Source: Alphaproteobacteria bacterium (GTDB lineage: Bacteria; Pseudomonadota; Alphaproteobacteria; UBA828). From it: a stretch of DNA of 64,000 bases. A program made the translations under genes and the position numbers. Shown one piece after another: positions 36,477 through 46,660 of this stretch. The notes beneath the pieces were generated by a model. It was not told the origin of the DNA and made no database searches. It saw nothing but the letters and a program-made list of their open reading frames with translations. The stretch is taken from positions 334,985 through 398,984 of the forward strand of contig CBDCQT010000011.1 of NCBI GenBank assembly GCA_965220745.1. The letters run 5' to 3'. Within the stretch, counting starts at the first letter, position 1; each line of letters begins with the position of its first letter.

Positions 36477-37595
36477 TTACGCCGGCAAGCGATAGTCGCG
36501 GATGACGTCCGGATCGGGCTCGGCGCCGAGGCCGGGGCCGGTGGGGATGCGGAAGTGGCCATTCTCGTCCGGTGAGACAAACCCCGGATAGAGCGTCGCC
36601 TCAAGCCGCGTATAGAAGCGCTCGGCCCAGCCCCCGCCGGGGCGCCCGGTGAGCGGCATCGCCCCGAAAAGCTGCAGGGTCGCGAGCCAGCCGGGACCGA
36701 AGTAGGGCGAGTGCGGCATCACCGTCACGCTGTAACCCTCAGCCAGCGCAAGCACCTTGAGGAACTCGGTCACGCCGCCCACTTTGGTCACGCTCGGCTG
36801 CACGTAGCGCACCGCGCCGGCATCCAGCATCCGGCGAAACTCGAACGCCGTGCAGGCATTCTCGCCGCAGGCCAGGTCGATGCCCGACTCCTGCTGCAGC
36901 CGCGCCAGCGCCCCAAAATCCTCTGGTGGGAAGATGGGCTCCTCCAGCCAGTAGAGGTCGTAGGGCTTGAGCCGTTCCGCCATCGCGCTCGCCTCGGCCG
37001 GCGTCCACGGGCAGTTCGTGTCCGTGCAGAGCGGTATGTCGGCACCCATCGCCTCGCGCGCCGCCCCGATCTCAGGCTCGCCCGTCTCGTGCAGCTTGAT
37101 GGCGGGGTAGCCCTCGTCCAGCGCGTTGCGCACAGTCGCAGCGACCAGTTCCCGATCCCGGTACTTGAGCAGGCTCGCGTAGCCGGGGACGAGCGGCGGT
37201 GTGGCCGGCCCGCCGAGGAGCTGTGCCAGCGGCAGCCCCGCCCTCTTTCCCGCAAGGTCCCAGAGCGCGATGTCGATGGCGGAGATGCCGAACATGGTGA
37301 CGCCGTAGCGGCCGAAGAGATGCAGCGCCTGCTGCAGATCGCGGTTGAGCGAGGCGATGCCCGTGGCGTCGCGCCCGATCAGGATTGGCGCCACCGTCGA
37401 GTCGACAATCGCCTTGAGTGCCGGCAGGCAGTTGTAGCTGAAGCATTCGCCCCAGCCTGAAGCACCGTCCTCGGTCTCGACCCGCACCAGGAGGATGCTG
37501 AGCCCTTGCCAGGCCTGCCCGCCCCAGGCCGGCGGTGGGCCGCCGTGATCGTGGGGGATGGCGAGGGGGATGGTTTCGATGCGGGTGATCTTCAT
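36477..37595 (-). CDS. enolase superfamily enzyme (mandelate racemase / muconate lactonizing family)
   Basis: MKITRIETIPL...VRVETEDGASGWGE N-terminal capping domain. Metal-ligand region DTNCPW...WLEEP. Confidence 0.85.
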   Translation of the reverse strand: MKITRIETIPLAIPHDHGGPPPAWGGQAWQGLSILLVRVETEDGASGWGECFSYNCLPALKAIVDSTVAPILIGRDATGIASLNRDLQQALHLFGRYGVTMFGISAIDIALWDLAGKRAGLPLAQLLGGPATPPLVPGYASLLKYRDRELVAATVRNALDEGYPAIKLHETGEPEIGAAREAMGADIPLCTDTNCPWTPAEASAMAERLKPYDLYWLEEPIFPPEDFGALARLQQESGIDLACGENACTAFEFRRMLDAGAVRYVQPSVTKVGGVTEFLKVLALAEGYSVTVMPHSPYFGPGWLATLQLFGAMPLTGRPGGGWAERFYTRLEATLYPGFVSPDENGHFRIPTGPGLGAEPDPDVIRDYRLPA

Positions 37596-37628
37596 GGGTG
37601 TATCCCGAGTGCGCGCTGTCGCGGTTGG

Positions 37629-38354
37629 TCAGGGGAGATCGCCGATCAAGTCGCGGATGTGGCCGGGCGGCGGTGGCGGCAGCGCGATGCCGAAGCGGCG
37701 CTTCAACGCGTCGGCGATGAGCTCGAAGCAGGCGCCGTAGCGCACGACCTCGAAGGTCTCCAGGTCGAGCAGGGTCGATGAGGCCCGATACAGGTGATAG
37801 AGGCGAAGCCCGTGGTCGATGACGATATCGGCGATTGCGATCAACTCGGGCTCGATATCCTCGACCCGGAACTTCGTGCCGGACAGCGAGAGGTTCGCCG
37901 ACGAGCCGAACAGCGGGTGCTGCGCCTCGCGGCTGAGCCGCGTGATCGCTGCGTGGAACGGTCCTGCGTTGAGCAGCATCAGCACGGTGCCGGTGCTGGT
38001 GGAGGCGGCGAGCGCGTCGGGCTCCATCTTGCGCAGGATGGGATGGTCCATGCGTGCCGGTGCAATCGCGCCGAGGGGCAGGTCGAGATCCTCGATCAAG
38101 GTGCCGGCGACGTCCCAGCCCTTCTGATCGAGCACGTGAAGCTCACGGTGCAGGGCCATGTCGCCGAGCATCGCGTTCAGCTTCGACGGCGCGCGTTGCT
38201 TGGTCTCGAAGATCGTCTTCAGCGCCGCGGCCGACCCGCCGATGACGGAATAGCCGACACTCATGGGCAGAATGGCGATTCCGCCCCGTTCGAGTATGGC
38301 GAAGGCCCGCTCGGCGTCGCGCTGAACGTCCGATCTCCCCGCCACGGCCGGCAT
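37629..38354 (-). CDS. Sua5/YciO/YrdC-domain protein
   Basis: GGIAILPMSVGYSVIG...LFGSSANLSLSGT pattern of the YrdC fold. 241 aa, single domain. Confidence 0.7.
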   Translation of the reverse strand: MPAVAGRSDVQRDAERAFAILERGGIAILPMSVGYSVIGGSAAALKTIFETKQRAPSKLNAMLGDMALHRELHVLDQKGWDVAGTLIEDLDLPLGAIAPARMDHPILRKMEPDALAASTSTGTVLMLLNAGPFHAAITRLSREAQHPLFGSSANLSLSGTKFRVEDIEPELIAIADIVIDHGLRLYHLYRASSTLLDLETFEVVRYGACFELIADALKRRFGIALPPPPPGHIRDLIGDLP

Positions 38355-38375
38355 CGGCTCGCGCGGCGCGCGCGT

Positions 38376-38783
38376 TCAGATCCCGTGCGTGCCCATCTCG
38401 ATCAGCTCGACCTTGTAGCCGTCCGGGTCCTCCACGAACGCGATCACCGTGGTCCCGCCTTTCACCGGCCCCGCCTCGCGCGTGATGTTGCCGCCCGCTT
38501 CCCGGATCCGCTCGCAGGTTTCGGCGACATTGTCCACGCCGAGCGCGATGTGCCCGTACGCGGAGCCGAGATCGTAGTCCGAGACGCCGTGGTTGTAGGT
38601 CAGCTCCAGCTCGGCCTCGCCGTTCTTGTTGCCGCCGTTGAAGGCGACGAATGCAAGCGAATACCCCTGATCGGGGCGCTCGGTGGTGCGCAGCAGGTCC
38701 ATGCCGACGACCTTGGTGTAGAAGTCGATGGAGCGCTGCATGTCGCCCACGCGGAGCATGGTGTGAAGAAGCTGCATGGTCAT
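38376..38783 (-). CDS. gloA: lactoylglutathione lyase (glyoxalase I)
   Basis: [24 protein letters not shown]...ELTYNHG...YGHIALGV...GYKVELIE, the canonical GloA pattern. Confidence 0.85.
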   Translation of the reverse strand: MTMQLLHTMLRVGDMQRSIDFYTKVVGMDLLRTTERPDQGYSLAFVAFNGGNKNGEAELELTYNHGVSDYDLGSAYGHIALGVDNVAETCERIREAGGNITREAGPVKGGTTVIAFVEDPDGYKVELIEMGTHGI

Positions 38784-38876
38784 TCTCCCTGGATGGCGGC
38801 GCGGCAGAGTATGCGATCGGGCGTGCGGACCGCCAGCCCGTTTCGTCCCGATGTGCTTGCCCGCTGTCGCGTTCCC

Positions 38877-39695
38877 TCAGTTTGCGTGCAGGACGGCGTT
38901 CAAGAACTGTTGCGTGCGTTCCCGCTCGGGGTTCTCGAACAACTTGGTCGGCGTTCCCTGCTCTTCGATGGCCCCGTCGAAGAAGAAGCAGACGCGGTCC
39001 GAGATCTCCTTGGCGAAGCCCATCTGGTGGGTGACCATCAGCATGGTGAGGTTGTGAGTGTCCACCAGGTGTTTGATCACGTTGGTTACCTCGCTGATGA
39101 CCTCGGGGTCCAGCGCCGATGTCACCTCGTCGAAGAGCATGACCTTGGGTCGCATAGCGAGCGCCCGGGCGATGGCGACCCGCTGCTGCTGTCCGCCGGA
39201 GAGGCGCGAGGGGTGCTGATCGCGCTTCTCGATCATCCCGACCATGTCGAGCAGCTCGAGCGAGCGCTCCTCCGCCTCCTTTCGAGACAAACCCAAGACC
39301 TGCACAGGCCCCTCCATGCAGTTGCCGAGCGCCGTCATGTGCGGGAACAGGTTGAAGTGCTGGAAGCACATGCCGATCTTGCTGCGCATGCGGCGGAGGT
39401 GCGCCGAATTTGCCGACACGAGCCGCCCGTTACGTTCCATGTGCGTCAGCGGCTCCCCCTCGACGTAGATGACTCCGTCGTCGATGGTCTCGAGAGTCAT
39501 CAACATGCGCAGAACGGTCGTCTTGCCGGAGCCCGAGGGGCCGATGATCGTGACCATTTCGCCGGCGGAGACGTCGAGGTCGAGCTGGTTCAGGACGACG
39601 AGCGAGCCGTATCTCTTGGTCACGTTCTGAAACCTGACCATCGGGATACCGTCGCCTTCCAGGCTCAGCGGGTAGCTCTCCATGCTCACGCTCAT
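38877..39695 (-). CDS. polar amino acid / ectoine-type ABC transporter ATP-binding protein
   Basis: ATG at 39695 (ATGA overlap with the permease stop). GPSGSGKTT, LSGGQQQRVAIARAL, MLFDEVTSALDPE. Confidence 0.9.
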   Translation of the reverse strand: MSVSMESYPLSLEGDGIPMVRFQNVTKRYGSLVVLNQLDLDVSAGEMVTIIGPSGSGKTTVLRMLMTLETIDDGVIYVEGEPLTHMERNGRLVSANSAHLRRMRSKIGMCFQHFNLFPHMTALGNCMEGPVQVLGLSRKEAEERSLELLDMVGMIEKRDQHPSRLSGGQQQRVAIARALAMRPKVMLFDEVTSALDPEVISEVTNVIKHLVDTHNLTMLMVTHQMGFAKEISDRVCFFFDGAIEEQGTPTKLFENPERERTQQFLNAVLHAN

Positions 39696-40360
39696 TTCGT
39701 CATTCCCAGCGTCCGCCGCACCCATCTCTCGAACACGTTGATCGCGAAGGCGGACGGCAACGAGACGACGAGGAAGATCGCACCGACCATGGTGTAAGGC
39801 TCCAGGTACCTGTAGCTCTCGGCACCCACGGCCGTGGCCGTGTGCATCAACTCGGCCACGCCGATCACCGACAGCATCGGCGTGTCCTTGAAGATGCCGA
39901 CCAGGTAATTGCCCATCCCGGCCACCGCCGGCGGCAGCGCCTGCGGGATGACGATGCGGCGATAGGTGGTGACGATCGGCAGGTTGATCGCCTTCGCGGC
40001 TTCCCACTGGCCTTTGGGCACGCTCTCGATGCCACCGCGGTAGACCTCGGATAGATAGGCGCCGTAGTGCACCCCGATGGCGATCAGGCCCGCTGTCCAG
40101 GGCGAGAGCGTCAGCCCGAACTGCGGGCCGACGTAGTAGACGAAGAAGATTTGCAGGAGCAGCGGCGTCGAGCGTATGAGCTCGACGAATTCCCGGACGA
40201 CCAGGGTCACGGGGAGAAGCGGCGTGCGCTGGGCCAGAACGAAGACAAGGCCCAGAACGATCGCGATCGTATAGCCGCCGCCGGCGGCGATCAGGGTCTT
40301 CCCCGTCGCGTCGACGAAGCGCGGCGCGAGCTCCCACACCCAATCCCATCGCCACTCCAC
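39692..40360 (-). CDS. amino acid ABC transporter permease (His/Glu/Gln/Arg/opine family)
   Basis: 222 aa. FRSTPLLLQIFFVYY-type motif (IRSTPLLLQIFFVYYVGP). Confidence 0.85.
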   Translation of the reverse strand: MEWRWDWVWELAPRFVDATGKTLIAAGGGYTIAIVLGLVFVLAQRTPLLPVTLVVREFVELIRSTPLLLQIFFVYYVGPQFGLTLSPWTAGLIAIGVHYGAYLSEVYRGGIESVPKGQWEAAKAINLPIVTTYRRIVIPQALPPAVAGMGNYLVGIFKDTPMLSVIGVAELMHTATAVGAESYRYLEPYTMVGAIFLVVSLPSAFAINVFERWVRRTLGMTK

Positions 40361-40364
40361 GGCG

Positions 40365-41030
40365 CTAGACCTTTCCGACCCGCCGGTTCATCAGACGCTC
40401 CAGCCCCCGCATGCCGGGCGTCACGAAGAAGCGGGCAATCACGTAGTAGATGACGATGGCAGTGCCGAACGCTTCAGCCGAGAGGAAAGTGGTGATGTTG
40501 ATCTGACGCACCTCGAACATCAGGTCGGCAACCGCAATCAGCGCAACCAGAGCCGTGCCCTTGAGGATTTCGATGATGAGGTTACCCCAAGGCGGCAGCA
40601 TGATGATGAAGGCCTGGGGAAGGATGATTCGCCTCATCCGGTTATGGGGCGCCATGTTCAAGGCCAGTGCGGCCTCCCATTGGCCCTTGGGCACGGCGAG
40701 GACGGCGCCCCGCACAAGCTCAGCACCATAGGCGCCCATATTCAGTCCCACCGCGAGGAAACCGGCCGTGAACTTGTCCAGGGTGATGCCGAAGAGCGGC
40801 AGAACGAAGAAAATCCAGAAAAGCTGCACGAGCAGAGACGTGCCGCGAAAGAACTCGATGTAGGCGACCGCGACGGCGCGCACCACGGGGCTCCGCGCGA
40901 GGCGCATCAGCCCGAAGGCGAGCGCGGCGACGACCGCGACGAATGTGGCCAGGAAGAACTGGTAGATCGTGACGATGGTGCCGTCGATCAGCCGGCCGCC
41001 GTACACGTCCAGGAATTCAATGTATGTCAT
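40365..41030 (-). CDS. amino acid ABC transporter permease (His/Glu/Gln/Arg/opine family)
   Basis: 221 aa. FRGTSLLVQLFWIFFVLP motif. Confidence 0.85.
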   Translation of the reverse strand: MTYIEFLDVYGGRLIDGTIVTIYQFFLATFVAVVAALAFGLMRLARSPVVRAVAVAYIEFFRGTSLLVQLFWIFFVLPLFGITLDKFTAGFLAVGLNMGAYGAELVRGAVLAVPKGQWEAALALNMAPHNRMRRIILPQAFIIMLPPWGNLIIEILKGTALVALIAVADLMFEVRQINITTFLSAEAFGTAIVIYYVIARFFVTPGMRGLERLMNRRVGKV

Positions 41031-41117
41031 TGCGACGGGTCTTCGTTGCCCAGCGTCGCGCGGAACGGGAGGGGGACCGGCGCGCTTGGACGCGCGCCGG
41101 TTTCCCCGAGTCGGTGG

Positions 41118-41969
41118 CTAGGAGTCGGTTACCGGGCGATTGACGCAGATCCACTCTGTCGCGACATCGCCGGGAACATTCGACCGCGTGTAGTCATAGG
41201 GCGCGACGTTGGCCAGCATCTCGTCGGAGCCGATATAGCCTTCCATCGCCGCGTTGAATGCTTCGCGGAAGCCGTCGTCATCCTGATGGAAGCCAATGCC
41301 GACCCAGTTGAAGGTCCACTGGGGCAGGGCATTGGTGTCGGTCGCATCGATGTCGTCGGCTTCGCGAGCGATTTTGTCCGCCTCCGCCGATGTCATGGCG
41401 CCGGCGTCCGCTCGGCCAGCGCGAACCGCGGCAAGGGCTTCGGTGATACCAGGCACCTGCATGATCTTGTCCTCGGGGATGCCCTCGCTACGCGCCTCTT
41501 CGATATTGATGTAGCCGGTGACCCCGACCATCATGGCGCCGGCATTCTTGATGTCCTGGTAGGTTTGAATCCCCATGGGATTGCCGGCCGGCACGATGAA
41601 GGCGTTTCCGAACTGCCCGATCGGCTCGGAGAAGTCGATGTTCTCGCAGCGGGCCCTGAGGATGTACATGCCGCCGGTGATGATATCGACGCGCTCGGCG
41701 ACGAGGCTGGGAATGAGCCCGCTCCAGTCCGTCACCACCGGCTCGACATTGGTGTGGCCCATCCTCGCCAGCACATCGGTGGTGATGACGTTGACGAAGC
41801 CGAGCGGCGAGCCGTCCTCGCCCGGGTGCGCCCATGGCGGGGCGTTGGCGAAGCCGAGCCGAATGGGTTCGCCTGCGGCGACCCTGTCTTCAAGTGGACC
41901 GGCTTGAACGGAGCCGGCGGCCAGAGCCAGCGCGACGGCGACGGCGCCTGCGGTAAGTTTCCATTTCAT
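41118..41969 (-). CDS. amino acid / compatible-solute ABC transporter substrate-binding protein
   Basis: Signal peptide MKWKLTAGAVAVALALAAGSVQA. 283 aa, family 3 SBP size. Heads the four-gene ABC operon. Confidence 0.8.
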   Translation of the reverse strand: MKWKLTAGAVAVALALAAGSVQAGPLEDRVAAGEPIRLGFANAPPWAHPGEDGSPLGFVNVITTDVLARMGHTNVEPVVTDWSGLIPSLVAERVDIITGGMYILRARCENIDFSEPIGQFGNAFIVPAGNPMGIQTYQDIKNAGAMMVGVTGYINIEEARSEGIPEDKIMQVPGITEALAAVRAGRADAGAMTSAEADKIAREADDIDATDTNALPQWTFNWVGIGFHQDDDGFREAFNAAMEGYIGSDEMLANVAPYDYTRSNVPGDVATEWICVNRPVTDS

Positions 41970-42208
41970 TTGAAGTCTCTCCCTCTGTTTTCTTGCCGGC
42001 CCGAGTTATCCAAGTTTGGATGGCCGGACCTGGCGGCTTATGCCCGCTGCGCGTTTGGCGTCTTTTCGGGGGCAATGGGACGTCTTGCGTCTTTCCTCCG
42101 TCTTGATGGCGAATTCAGAACTTCAAGGGCCGCGTGCGCGGTGTGGCACTGTCAGAAGTTGCGTGTCCTTTAGGCACGGCGAATTCGGGCCTGATCGCGA
42201 TCCCGCGC

Positions 42209-43324
42209 TCATCGCAGGCTCTTCAGCACGAGCTCCTGGAAGCTTCGCACCGAGTCCTCCCACACCGGGGAAAGCACGCCGCCGTCGTCGGCGACGACGG
42301 ATGCGCGGCCTTGCTGGAGCCGCTCGCAGATCACCTGGTCCTCCACGTGCACGTCGCGCCAAAGCGTCGCGAGCTGCTCCGCCTCCTCGGCCGATGGCGG
42401 CTCTGACTTGAGGCTGTAGACGGCGCGGCGCTGGAGGGTGCGGTCCGGCGCCAACGGTACGTCCAGGTGCACGCCAACCTGGTCCGGGTGGTAAATCCCC
42501 AACGAGAAGTTGGGGAAGATCGTGAGGTAGCGGGAATCCGCCGAAAGCGTATCGTCCCGCTTCGCCTCGCTGGAGACATCCACGGCGCAGCCCAGGCAGC
42601 CCGGCTCGTTCAGGGTGTAGTGGTCGGTTAGCGGCTGCTCGGTGGTCGTCGCGTGCACGAAGGGCACGTGATAGGGCTCGATGAAGTTCTCCATCAGGAG
42701 CTTCCAGTTCGCGGCGATCTCGCCCAGATCGACCGTGACCACGTGCTGCATCCGGCCGAGGTCAAGCCCGTCGATCTGGCTCTGGAGCGGGGCGACGACG
42801 TCATCGAGCGGCGGTGCTGCGCCGTTCAGGTTGACGAAGATCCAGTCGTGCCAGGTCGCCACCCGCACCGGCACCAGCCCGTGCTGCGCGCGGTCGAAGC
42901 CGGCCGGCACCGCGCGCGGGTCGTGCCCGCCGAAGTAGGGAGCGACGTGTAGCGCGCCGTCGAGCTTGTAGGTCCAAGAGTGATAGGGGCATTGGATGGT
43001 GGGTCCCACGTTGCCGGGCCCCTCGACGAGCTTGAGGCAGCGATGGCGGCAGACGTTGTGGAACGCCCGCACCTCCCCATCCGCGTCGCGCACCAGCAGC
43101 ACCGGCTTGCCCGCCACGGTGACCGGCACCACATCGCCCGGCTGCGCCAGCTCGTGCGCCAGGCCGGTGAACACCCACGATTCAGTGAAAATCCGCTCGT
43201 TCTCGAGCGCGAAGACTGCCTCGCTCGTATAGGCCGCTGCCGGCAAGCCGCGCGCTACAGCCCCTGGAGCCTCGAACGCAGCAAGCGCCTCCTCTCCCAG
43301 GATCGATTGCAGCGACAGGCTCAT
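42209..43324 (-). CDS. Rieske non-heme iron oxygenase, alpha-subunit-like
   Basis: Rieske ligands CRHRCLKL ... CPYHSWTY, then the mononuclear-iron region NFIEPYHVPFVH. No reductase or beta subunit adjacent. Confidence 0.85.
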   Translation of the reverse strand: MSLSLQSILGEEALAAFEAPGAVARGLPAAAYTSEAVFALENERIFTESWVFTGLAHELAQPGDVVPVTVAGKPVLLVRDADGEVRAFHNVCRHRCLKLVEGPGNVGPTIQCPYHSWTYKLDGALHVAPYFGGHDPRAVPAGFDRAQHGLVPVRVATWHDWIFVNLNGAAPPLDDVVAPLQSQIDGLDLGRMQHVVTVDLGEIAANWKLLMENFIEPYHVPFVHATTTEQPLTDHYTLNEPGCLGCAVDVSSEAKRDDTLSADSRYLTIFPNFSLGIYHPDQVGVHLDVPLAPDRTLQRRAVYSLKSEPPSAEEAEQLATLWRDVHVEDQVICERLQQGRASVVADDGGVLSPVWEDSVRSFQELVLKSLR

Positions 43325-43348
43325 GGCGATCTCCGTCAGAGCGCCGGG

Positions 43349-43873
43349 CTAGGGCACGTTGCGCTTGAGCAGGAACTGGTTCTTGAACATGCCGAGCCGA
43401 GTCATGACCTCGACGTGCGCGATGTCGGGCTGACCGTGAATATGATCGTTCAGGAAGTTCGCGAGCTCGGTTTCCTCGTCGCACACGACCTCGACCAGCA
43501 GGTCGAACCGGCCGCTGACCCACATGACGTAGACGACGGCTTCGTGAGGATCGAGCCGCTCGGCGACTGCGGTGGGAGCCACGCCCGGCGCGGTCTTGAT
43601 GCCGAGCATCGCGTCGGACTCGTAGTCGACGGCCACCGGGTCGACCACCGCCACGATGCGGAGCATGCCGGCGTCCCGCATCCTGGTGACGCGGTTGCGG
43701 ACCGTCCCACCCGACACGCCGAGCTTCTGCCCGATCTCGTCGTAAGTGGCCCGCCCGTCGTCCTGGAGCAGGCGAATGATCTGTTGGTTGAGATCGTCGT
43801 GAGGAGACGAGAGCGGCGAGACATTGCCGCCGTCATTCGCTGCCTGAAACGCCTGCTGCGTAGGTCGGGACAT
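43349..43873 (-). CDS. Lrp/AsnC family transcriptional regulator
   Basis: LNQQIIRLLQDDGRATYDEIGQKLGVSGGTVRNRVTRM HTH plus an RAM-type C-terminal domain. Confidence 0.85.
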   Translation of the reverse strand: MSRPTQQAFQAANDGGNVSPLSSPHDDLNQQIIRLLQDDGRATYDEIGQKLGVSGGTVRNRVTRMRDAGMLRIVAVVDPVAVDYESDAMLGIKTAPGVAPTAVAERLDPHEAVVYVMWVSGRFDLLVEVVCDEETELANFLNDHIHGQPDIAHVEVMTRLGMFKNQFLLKRNVP

Positions 43874-44057
43874 GCGCTCTGCTCCTGGCGCCGCTGGCTG
43901 GGGAGCGCGGCGGACGTTGCCATATCCTCAACGTAGCGTTTATAATGTGATGAATCCTCAGTAATGGTCAACAATAATTCATTAAATTTAAAGGATAGGG
44001 ACCAGTGCGTCGGATTCGTCATCGCCATCGATCGCCACGCAGGGAGGTAAACACCCG

Positions 44058-45476
44058 ATGACTGCGATACCAGGAAGCCTGGCCGAGGCGCTGCCTGACG
44101 TCGAACGCGTCCGTGAGGAGCATGCGAGGCTCTTCGAGGCGGGGGTCCGCTACGTCTTCTCCTGCTGGATCGACATGCACGGCCTGCCCAAGACGAAGCC
44201 GGTGCCGATCAGCGACTTCGAGAACCTGTGCATGGGCAAGGGGCCGCAGTTCGCCGTGCACTCGATCTCCTTCGTGCCCGAGCTCGGCGCGGCAGACTCC
44301 GACCAGATCCCGGTGCCGGACCTCGACTCCTTGGTCATCTGCCCGTGGGATCGCACCTGCGCCTGGATGTTCGCCGACCTCTGGTGGGAGGACGCGCCCT
44401 ACAACCTCTGCCCTCGTCTGGCGCTCAAGCGCGTCATCGACGACACCGCAGCGAAGGGATTTATGGGTTTCGCAGGCATCGAGCCCGAGTTCATCGTGAT
44501 GCGCTGGCGCGACGGCCAGCCGGTCAAGGCCTTCGACAACGACCCGCTCCCCGGCGAAGGCGTGCGGCCGAGACGCCAGGCGTTCGGCTACGACATCGAG
44601 TACACGATCGATTCCATGGGCTTCCTCGGCGCGGTCATCGACATCCTCGAGGACCTCGGCTGGGGGCTGAAGGATGTGGTCTGCGAGGGCGCCTACTCGC
44701 AGTTCGAGCTCGATTTCGGCTACACGGACCTCGTGGGCATGGCCGACCGGCTGGTGTTCCTGCGCGTGCTGCTGAAGGAGGTCGCCAAGCAACAGGGGCT
44801 CTTCGCCACCTACATGCCCAAGCCGACCACCGGCGACTGGCGCTCGGGCGCGCACATCAACTACTCGATGCAGCGGGTCGACAATCCGGGGGTGAACATC
44901 TTCGGCGATCACGACTCAGGTTGGTCGGATGCCGCGTACCACGCGATCGGCGGGCTGCTGCGCCATGGCGGCGCGCTCACCGCCCTCACTGCCACGACCG
45001 TCAACTCCTACAACGGGCTGGTGGCCCGCGTCGGCGGCTTCGAGGGCGGCACCGTGACCTGGGCGCCGACCCATATGACCTACGGCAACAACAATCGCTC
45101 CGCCATGCTGCGCATGCCGCAGAACCGGTACTGCATCGAGAACCGTGCGTCCGACCTGTGCATGAACCCGTACCTCGCCCTCGGCATGACCACTGCGGCG
45201 GCCGTCAAGGGCGTGATGGAAAAGATCGACCCCGGCCCGCCGCTCAACAAGGACCTCTACGACCTCACCCACGAAGAAATTGTTGCAAGCGGTGGGCAGC
45301 GCCTGCCGCGGCATCTGCTGGAAGCAACGGAGATCTTGCGCGACGACCCGCTGGCGGCCGAGGTGCTCGGCTCTCAGATGATGACCTCTTGGTTGCGTTA
45401 CAAGGTCGATGAGTGGGAGCGCTACCATCAGACGGTGACGGACTGGGAAGTGCAGGAGTATCTCCGGCTCTACTGA
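44058..45476 (+). CDS. glutamine synthetase family protein (gamma-glutamyl-amine ligase-like)
   Basis: 472 aa. GIEPEFIV, EGAYSQFELDF, YMPKPTTGDWRSGAHINYS, NNRSAMLRMP, the GS catalytic-domain motifs. Confidence 0.85.
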   Translation: MTAIPGSLAEALPDVERVREEHARLFEAGVRYVFSCWIDMHGLPKTKPVPISDFENLCMGKGPQFAVHSISFVPELGAADSDQIPVPDLDSLVICPWDRTCAWMFADLWWEDAPYNLCPRLALKRVIDDTAAKGFMGFAGIEPEFIVMRWRDGQPVKAFDNDPLPGEGVRPRRQAFGYDIEYTIDSMGFLGAVIDILEDLGWGLKDVVCEGAYSQFELDFGYTDLVGMADRLVFLRVLLKEVAKQQGLFATYMPKPTTGDWRSGAHINYSMQRVDNPGVNIFGDHDSGWSDAAYHAIGGLLRHGGALTALTATTVNSYNGLVARVGGFEGGTVTWAPTHMTYGNNNRSAMLRMPQNRYCIENRASDLCMNPYLALGMTTAAAVKGVMEKIDPGPPLNKDLYDLTHEEIVASGGQRLPRHLLEATEILRDDPLAAEVLGSQMMTSWLRYKVDEWERYHQTVTDWEVQEYLRLY

Positions 45477-45488
45477 GGGCCATTCGTC

Positions 45489-46505
45489 GTGGCAGCGAAC
45501 CACGAGATATTCGAGCTCGGCGACGTAACCCTGCAATCCGGCGTCACGCTGCCGGGAGCCAAGCTCGCCTACAAGACATACGGCTCGCTGAACGCCCGTG
45601 GCGACAACGCGATCGTCATGCCCACATTTTACACGGGCACGCACGTCCGCAACGAGGGCTACGTCAGGGCGGTGCCGGCGCTCGATCCGGAGCGCTACTT
45701 CATCGTGTCGATCAACATGTTCGGCAACGGTCTCTCGTCCTCGCCGAGCAGCACACCGCCACCCTTCGACGGCCCACGCTTCCCCACAGTCACCCTCCAC
45801 GACAACGTCGCCTGCCAGCACCGGCTGCTCACCGAGGCGCTGGGTGTCACGCACATCGCCCTCGTGCTCGGGTGGTCCATGGCCGGCTGCCAGTCCTATC
45901 AGTGGGGTGCACAGTATCCCGATATGGTCGATGCCATCCTGCCCTTCTGCGCCTCGGCGCGGACCTCTCCGCACAACCAGGTGTTCCTCGAAGGGGTGAA
46001 GGCGGCGCTCCTGGCCGATAGCGCGTTCGCGGGCGGCGACTACGCCGCGCCGCCCGAGACGGGCCTCAGGGCGTTCGCACGGGTCTACGCGGGATGGGCG
46101 TACTCCCAGACCTTCTATCGCGAGCGGCTGCACCGCGAACTCGGTTTCGAGACCTGGGAAGACCTGCTTCTCGACTGGGAGCGCGATCATCTCGAATGGG
46201 ATGCCAACGACCTTCTGGCCAAGCTCCGCACCTGGCAGCTGGGCGACATCAGCGCCAACGCACGCTATGAGGGCGACTTCGAACAGGCCCTCGGTGCCAT
46301 CCAGGCACGGGCGATCCTGGTTCCCTGCACGACCGATCTCTACTTCCCGCCCGAGGACAACGCCATCGAGGCCCGGCACATGCCCAACGCCGATCTTCGC
46401 CCCTTCGAATCGGCCTGGGGCCATTGCGCGGCATCGCCGAGCCGCGAAGGCAGCGACTTCATGCGATTCCTCAACCAGTGCGTCAGGGAGTTGCTCGCCG
46501 ACTGA
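45489..46505 (+). CDS. alpha/beta hydrolase, homoserine O-acetyltransferase (MetX)-like
   Basis: FELGDVTLQSGVTLPGAKLAYKTYGSLN N-terminus typical of the MetX family. Nucleophile elbow GWSMAG. GTG start. Confidence 0.75.
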   Translation: MAANHEIFELGDVTLQSGVTLPGAKLAYKTYGSLNARGDNAIVMPTFYTGTHVRNEGYVRAVPALDPERYFIVSINMFGNGLSSSPSSTPPPFDGPRFPTVTLHDNVACQHRLLTEALGVTHIALVLGWSMAGCQSYQWGAQYPDMVDAILPFCASARTSPHNQVFLEGVKAALLADSAFAGGDYAAPPETGLRAFARVYAGWAYSQTFYRERLHRELGFETWEDLLLDWERDHLEWDANDLLAKLRTWQLGDISANARYEGDFEQALGAIQARAILVPCTTDLYFPPEDNAIEARHMPNADLRPFESAWGHCAASPSREGSDFMRFLNQCVRELLAD

Positions 46506-46660
46506 GCCCGTCCGCGTCGGCGACCGGATCGCGCGAGGCTTTCGTGGCCGCGTTTCCTTGCGGCACGTAGCGCGCTCTTGTAACTACCGCTCTCGCCAAC
46601 CGGGAGAGCCGCAATGACCCCACCCCACACCGACAAGGGCGAGAACGCTCGCGGACACGC

